Source of the DNA: Candidatus Nanopelagicales bacterium
GTDB lineage: Bacteria > Actinomycetota > Actinomycetes > S36-B12 > UBA5976
NCBI GenBank assembly: GCA_044343935.1
Contig: JBIJDU010000001.1
Coordinates: 29,151 to 93,150 of the forward strand
DNA length: 64,000 bases
Direction: 5' to 3'
The translations under genes and the position numbers were made by a program. Below, piece after piece: positions 59,752 to 64,000 of the stretch; the stretch's first letter is position 1, and every line of letters begins with the position of its first letter. The notes under the pieces are model-generated. The model was not told where the DNA came from. It saw nothing but the letters and a program-made list of their open reading frames with translations, and ran no database searches.

Positions 59752-59928
59752 ATGGCAGCAATGAAGCCAAGAACTGGCGATGGTCCAATGGAATGCACTA
59801 AAGAGGCGCGTCACTACGTGATGCGGATCCCGCTCGAAGGCGGTGGCCGGTTGGTTGTTGAATTAAATGCAACCGAGGCCCAGGAACTTGGCGAGATCTT
59901 GATCGCCGCGATTGTCCCTAAAGCTTAG
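59752..59928 (+). CDS. DUF3117-family small protein (absent from the ORF track)
   Basis: Hand translation gives MAAMKPRTGDGPMECTKEARHYVMRIPLEGGGRLVVELNATEAQELGEILIAAIVPKA. MAAMKPRTGDGP...PLEGGGRLVVEL is the highly conserved actinobacterial DUF3117 core. RBS GAGAGAGG lies upstream. Confidence 0.8.
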   Translation: MAAMKPRTGDGPMECTKEARHYVMRIPLEGGGRLVVELNATEAQELGEILIAAIVPKA

Positions 59929-60550
59929 TTGCGACAACTAGGCCTTGACCCAGCGGAACTAGTGCTGCGGCGAACTCATCACTTTCGGAAATTAAGTTAA
60001 CTAATTCAGTTGCTGCGCTATCGCTGCCACCTAACGCACCGTTAACAACTAGCAATCCACCTGTAGTTAGCAATCGGGCGGCATCTGCCAGCAGCGCTGG
60101 GGCATCAAATTGATTGATGTCAACGAACATAAAGTCATAGCCAGCATCAGTTAACTTTGGTAGCACTTGATTTGCGCGTCCCGATAACAGTCTAAGTCGT
60201 GGCGATGTTAGCTCCAGATCCTGCAGCAATTCTTTGGCAGTTTGTTGATACTCCGACTCCAGATCAATTGAGGTAATCGTTCCCGCATCAGATAAGCCAA
60301 GCGATAACCAACCAGCACTAACCCCAACGCCAGTGCCAACATCAATCACATGTGCGGCTGCTGACGCCCGCACCAAGGTGCGCAATAAGTTGCCAACCCC
60401 AGCCGAGATTGGGCCCGCACCAAGTTCAGTGCCAACTTCACGGGCATGAGTTAGCACTGAAGGTTCTGCCGCGAAATTCTCAATTTTTGCTTTCACAGGA
60501 ATTTCTGAACTACGGAAGAAATCATCTTCCCCGGAGAACCGGTCGGCCAT
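59918..60550 (-). CDS. class I SAM-dependent O-methyltransferase (Rv1220c-like)
   Basis: VIDVGTGVGVSAGWL motif I and DFMFVD. Conserved position upstream of the htrA-tatB block. Confidence 0.85.
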   Translation of the reverse strand: MADRFSGEDDFFRSSEIPVKAKIENFAAEPSVLTHAREVGTELGAGPISAGVGNLLRTLVRASAAAHVIDVGTGVGVSAGWLSLGLSDAGTITSIDLESEYQQTAKELLQDLELTSPRLRLLSGRANQVLPKLTDAGYDFMFVDINQFDAPALLADAARLLTTGGLLVVNGALGGSDSAATELVNLISESDEFAAALVPLGQGLVVATKL

Positions 60551-60629
60551 TTTCCCTCCTCAGGGCGGCTTGAACAGGTGAGTTCTCCCACCTAATGGAA
60601 AGATACTCGACTAGGTCAGCGGAGGAAAC

Positions 60630-61763
60630 ATGAGTACTCAATTGCGTTCCCCTTGGTTGCGCGAAGAGCCAGTGCTGCCCCCTATTTTCCCCAACAATCC
60701 AGCACCTAAGGCGCAAACGAGCCGAAGGTTGATTGTGATTGCGCTGCTGGCTGGCCTGCTCGGCGGCGTGCTAGGAAATGTTGGTGCAGATTTGGTTAGC
60801 CGGGTGCCGGGCACCTCAAACACGGTAACGCTCACCACTTTCACCACCGATGATCGAGTGTTAGATCAAGGTTCAGTTGCTGCAATTGCCCAAACCGTGC
60901 TGCCCACCGTGGTGTCGCTTGAGGTAACTGGATCCCAGAACTCTTCCGGATCTGGTTTTGTGATTGATTCCTCTGGCTACATCCTGACTAATAATCACGT
61001 GATTGCACCTGCAGCAGGTGGCGGTAATGTGAAAGTTTATTTCCAAGACGGCTCAAGTTATGACGGTCGCATCGTTGGTCGAAATCCTGGCTTTGATTTA
61101 GCGGTAATAAAAGTTGACGCAACCAATTTACCAACTATGCCGCTGGGCGACTCAGAGAAAGTAGTAGTTGGTGAACCAGTAATTGCAATTGGCAGCCCAC
61201 TTGGTTTAAGTGGCACGGTAACCTCTGGCATCATTTCAGCTTTTGATAGACCGGTAACCGCAGGTGGATCTGGCGACACTGCTTTTATTAATGCAATTCA
61301 AACTGATGCGGCAATTAACCCAGGTAATTCAGGTGGCCCATTAGTTGATGGTAATGGTTTTGCTATTGGCGTTAATAGCGCAATTGCGACACTTGGTGGA
61401 TCAACCACTGGATCAATTGGCTTAGGTTTTGCAATTCCAATTAATGCGGCACGTCGAATAGCGCAAGAAATTATTCAAACTGGCACCAGTTCCACCCCAA
61501 TCTTGGGAGTGATGGTGGATTTGAATTATGACGGCCCTGGAGCACGATTATCTGAAGTTACCGCAGGCGGACCGGCAGCAACAGCTGGAATTGAAGCGGG
61601 TGATTTAGTGCTCGCGATTAATGGTCGCAGCATCTCAGGATCAACTGAGCTGGTGGTTGCGATTCGAGCAAATGCGCCAGGTGAGACAATTGAACTTAGG
61701 ATTCAGAAGCAAAATGGCCAGCAGCGCACGGTAAGGGCAACGTTAGCCAGACAGGTGGATTAA
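60630..61763 (+). CDS. htrA: membrane-anchored HtrA/PepD-type serine protease with PDZ domain
   Basis: TM anchor. Catalytic triad contexts are TNNHV, DLAVIK and GNSGGPL. C-terminal PDZ domain (GIEAGDLVLAINGRSI). Confidence 0.9.
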   Translation: MSTQLRSPWLREEPVLPPIFPNNPAPKAQTSRRLIVIALLAGLLGGVLGNVGADLVSRVPGTSNTVTLTTFTTDDRVLDQGSVAAIAQTVLPTVVSLEVTGSQNSSGSGFVIDSSGYILTNNHVIAPAAGGGNVKVYFQDGSSYDGRIVGRNPGFDLAVIKVDATNLPTMPLGDSEKVVVGEPVIAIGSPLGLSGTVTSGIISAFDRPVTAGGSGDTAFINAIQTDAAINPGNSGGPLVDGNGFAIGVNSAIATLGGSTTGSIGLGFAIPINAARRIAQEIIQTGTSSTPILGVMVDLNYDGPGARLSEVTAGGPAATAGIEAGDLVLAINGRSISGSTELVVAIRANAPGETIELRIQKQNGQQRTVRATLARQVD

Positions 61764-62021
61764 GTGTTTGATATCGGCTTTGGTGAAATGCTGGCAATTG
61801 CGGTGATTAGCTTGCTAGTTATTGGACCAGAGCGATTGCCGCATTATGCTGCTCGAGCAGCCCGTAGTGCACGTGATTTAAAGCGATATGTTGATCGGGC
61901 ACGCAATGAAATCAAAGAAGCAGTTAATGTTTCAGACTTGGGTTTAGATGAAGTTAACGAAATTGCTAAGTTAACTGAACTAGATGATAAAAAAGGTCGT
62001 CGCACAGACGACATAACTTAA
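61764..62021 (+). CDS. tatB: twin-arginine translocase TatA/B-family protein (TatB position)
   Basis: MFDIGFGEMLAIAVISLLVIGPERLP followed by an amphipathic helix. Abuts the htrA stop. Confidence 0.8.
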   Translation: MFDIGFGEMLAIAVISLLVIGPERLPHYAARAARSARDLKRYVDRARNEIKEAVNVSDLGLDEVNEIAKLTELDDKKGRRTDDIT

Positions 62022-63142
62022 ACTGGCGAAACTGATAGCGACTTGCCAAGCAGGCCACGCGGGGTGCTCGCTAGTTTCTCCGCAATTGCCATAATCGCCG
62101 TGGCGCTAACTGAATTGGGTTCAGCAATCATGATTGGCACACCGCTATCGCCGGCTTTCCGGACATTGGGATCAATTGGAATTGTGCCGAGCACCGAAAT
62201 CTCAGTTTGAGTTGCTTGGGATAATTGTTTTGCAAGTTCAGTGCCAGCGCCCATCCCAAAGACATCAATAACTTCACCACAATGCGGACAAGCAAGACCG
62301 CTTAAGTTCTCAATTACACCAACTACGCGCTGATTTAAGTGATGTGCCAGCACACCGGCGCGCACCGCAACTTCTGCTGCTGCGTCATGACCGCTAGTTA
62401 CCACAATAACTTCTGAGCTTGGCACTAAATGCGCAGTTGAGATAGCCACATCGCCAGTTCCAGGTGGCAGATCAATCAACAAAAAATCTAAATCACCCCA
62501 CCAGACATCACAGAGAAATTGATCTAACATTTTATGCAGCATGGGTCCGCGAAACGCAACTGGTTCAGTTACGCCACCGCGCTTAAACGGCAAGGTTGAA
62601 ATTACTTTGATGCCATAACCTTGTGGTGGCATCATCATTCCTTCCACCATAGTTGGTGCACCCAGCGCATTTAGTAATCGTGGAATCGAATGGCCGTAGA
62701 TATCAGCATCAATTACTCCAACTTGTCGACCAAGTTGAGTAAGTGCAACCGCTAAGTTTGCCGTCAGACTTGATTTGCCAACGCCACCTTTACCAGATGC
62801 GATACCAATAACTTTGGTCATGGAATCTGATCGAGTGAATGGATTTTCTCGTTCCACGCCACCTTTTAGTTGAGTGCGAAGAGCTGCGCGCTCCGCATCA
62901 GTCATCACACTAAAGGTTATGTTGGTGGTTAACGTGTTATCCAAATTAGAAATTGCGGTGCTAATTCGCTTGCTAATTTCATCTCGCATCGGACAGCCAG
63001 CAACGGTTAACTTAATGTCAAGCAGCACTTCGTTGTCCTTTAGCGCAATACCGGCGACCATATTCAATTCGGTTAATGGCCGGTGGATCTCTGGATCGTG
63101 AACGGTGCTCAGCGCGGCATAGATTTCATCAGTTGTTGGCAT
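62018..63142 (-). CDS. apbC: Mrp/ApbC Fe-S cluster carrier ATPase
   Basis: N-terminal DUF59-like domain, deviant Walker A SGKGGVGKS, and CPHC. Confidence 0.9.
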   Translation of the reverse strand: MPTTDEIYAALSTVHDPEIHRPLTELNMVAGIALKDNEVLLDIKLTVAGCPMRDEISKRISTAISNLDNTLTTNITFSVMTDAERAALRTQLKGGVERENPFTRSDSMTKVIGIASGKGGVGKSSLTANLAVALTQLGRQVGVIDADIYGHSIPRLLNALGAPTMVEGMMMPPQGYGIKVISTLPFKRGGVTEPVAFRGPMLHKMLDQFLCDVWWGDLDFLLIDLPPGTGDVAISTAHLVPSSEVIVVTSGHDAAAEVAVRAGVLAHHLNQRVVGVIENLSGLACPHCGEVIDVFGMGAGTELAKQLSQATQTEISVLGTIPIDPNVRKAGDSGVPIMIAEPNSVSATAIMAIAEKLASTPRGLLGKSLSVSPV

Positions 63143-63207
63143 GGCGAAACTTTAGAGGAGTTGGCTAAATCTGCACCAAATGGGCAAACTGTCCCTAGGC
63201 TGGCGCA

Positions 63208-63855
63208 ATGGCTGATATCGAATGTTTGATTGTGGATTGGGGCGGTGTGCTGACCCAACCAGTTGACCATGCAGTTTCGGCTTGGATGAAAGCCGATGGG
63301 ATTGATGATCGGATTTTTGAGAAAGTCATGGGAAGTTGGCTTGGTCCTACTGGTGCCATGGAAGCACATTTAAATCCAGTTCATGCGCTAGAGCGTGGTG
63401 AATTAGAGGTGCCTCATTTTGAAGAGCGGTTGGCGCAAGAATTAACTAAGTATGCCCATCATGAAATTAATCATGCTGGTTTGTTGCAGCGGATGTTTGA
63501 TCATTTCACGCAGGCCGATGATATGCGTGGCTTGGTTTATCGAGTAAGACAACTTGGTTATAAAACTGCGCTGCTATCTAATTCGTGGGGGAATGAATAT
63601 CCTCGATCTGGCTGGGATGAGATGTTTGATGCGGTTGTTATCTCTGGTGAAGTGGGTATGCGAAAACCAGAGCGGCGAATTTATGAATTCACGTTAGAAC
63701 AAGTTGGCATCAGTGCGCCAGCTGCAGTATTTGTTGATGACATCAAGCACAACATCACCGCCGCTGTTGAGGTTGGCATGATGGGAATTCATCATAAAAC
63801 ATATGCTGAGACAAAACTGGAACTGAGCGCAATCTTGGCGCAAGACCTAAATTAG
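63208..63855 (+). CDS. HAD-superfamily hydrolase (subfamily IA)
   Basis: Motif I LIVDWGGVL, motif II LLSNS, and motif IV VFVDD. Confidence 0.85.
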   Translation: MADIECLIVDWGGVLTQPVDHAVSAWMKADGIDDRIFEKVMGSWLGPTGAMEAHLNPVHALERGELEVPHFEERLAQELTKYAHHEINHAGLLQRMFDHFTQADDMRGLVYRVRQLGYKTALLSNSWGNEYPRSGWDEMFDAVVISGEVGMRKPERRIYEFTLEQVGISAPAAVFVDDIKHNITAAVEVGMMGIHHKTYAETKLELSAILAQDLN

Positions 63856-63919
63856 TAATCACCCAATCTGATTAGTTAATCAAGTTATCTGGCAGAACTG
63901 GCACCCTGAGGAAAGGTTG

Positions 63920-64000
63920 CTAGTTGCTAACAAAGGAAATTTGGTCTGGTTTGCGCCGCCTGAACTTAGGTAGTTCGGCGCGACTTGCGCAGGTGGTGGG
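63920..64000 (-). CDS. possible C-terminal 26 codons of an unidentified gene entering from the right edge
   Basis: Hand translation of the minus strand, in frame with base 64000, gives PTTCASRAELPKFRRRKPDQISFVSN followed by stop (CTA at 63920-63922). Too short to identify. Confidence 0.2.
   Translation of the reverse strand, partial: PTTCASRAELPKFRRRKPDQISFVSN

Noticed and set aside
60551-60629. SigE-type (GGAAC-N16-17-GTT) promoter upstream of htrA.
   Set aside because: No such spacing pattern is present. The only GGAAAC lies in the RBS region (GGAGGAAACATG).

Overview
This 64-kb window is a gene-dense chromosomal segment from an actinobacterium. G+C is about 45-50% in the few 60-nt lines I counted by hand, not a computed value. 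Lineage markers are mca (mycothiol), DUF3117, DUF4307 and a DUF501-ppx block. A streamlined freshwater lineage such as acI/Nanopelagicales or a Luna-type Microbacteriaceae is my guess only. I can support about 77 protein-coding genes, 3 tRNA genes and a few hairpins. Two of the genes are under 60 aa and absent from the ORF track, and two are fragments at the window edges. I saw no rRNA, CRISPR array, transposase, integrase or phage gene. Gene order follows, from memory, the Mycobacterium tuberculosis segment from mprAB (Rv0981/82) to mrp (Rv1229c), strongly compressed. The order is mprAB, mscL, fmdB, MTHFS, galU, rimJ, rsmI, metG, tatD, ksgA, ispE, glmU, prs, rplY, pth, mfd, mazG, eno, ftsB, DUF501, ppx, greA, DUF4307, mca, uppS-like, phoH2, fumarase, xseAB, ispH, ychF, fdxA, dapC, dapD, LOG, DUF3117, O-methyltransferase, htrA, tatB, mrp. 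Packing is extreme: many same-strand genes overlap by 1-4 nt or abut, and at least 10 convergent pairs overlap at their 3' ends. Items worth a second look, in order: (1) At 39723-39798 there is a tRNA with anticodon UAA and Leu-like D-arm, anticodon loop and A73, but only a 5-nt variable loop, where a class-II tRNA-Leu is expected. (2) At 7.6-13.9 kb an accessory envelope-modification block interrupts the conserved order: an AT-rich family-2-like sulfotransferase, a coiled-coil protein, and an MFS / DUF3048 lipoprotein / MBOAT / SGNH operon. (3) Conserved partners appear cleanly lost: sigE-rseA is absent between the methyltransferase and htrA although mprAB is present, and the moeA-like glp gene is absent between galU and rimJ although a GlpR/SepX-like membrane protein remains. 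(4) xseA and xseB sit head-to-head only 31 bp apart instead of in one operon. All functional calls come from motif recognition by eye, because no database search could be run.
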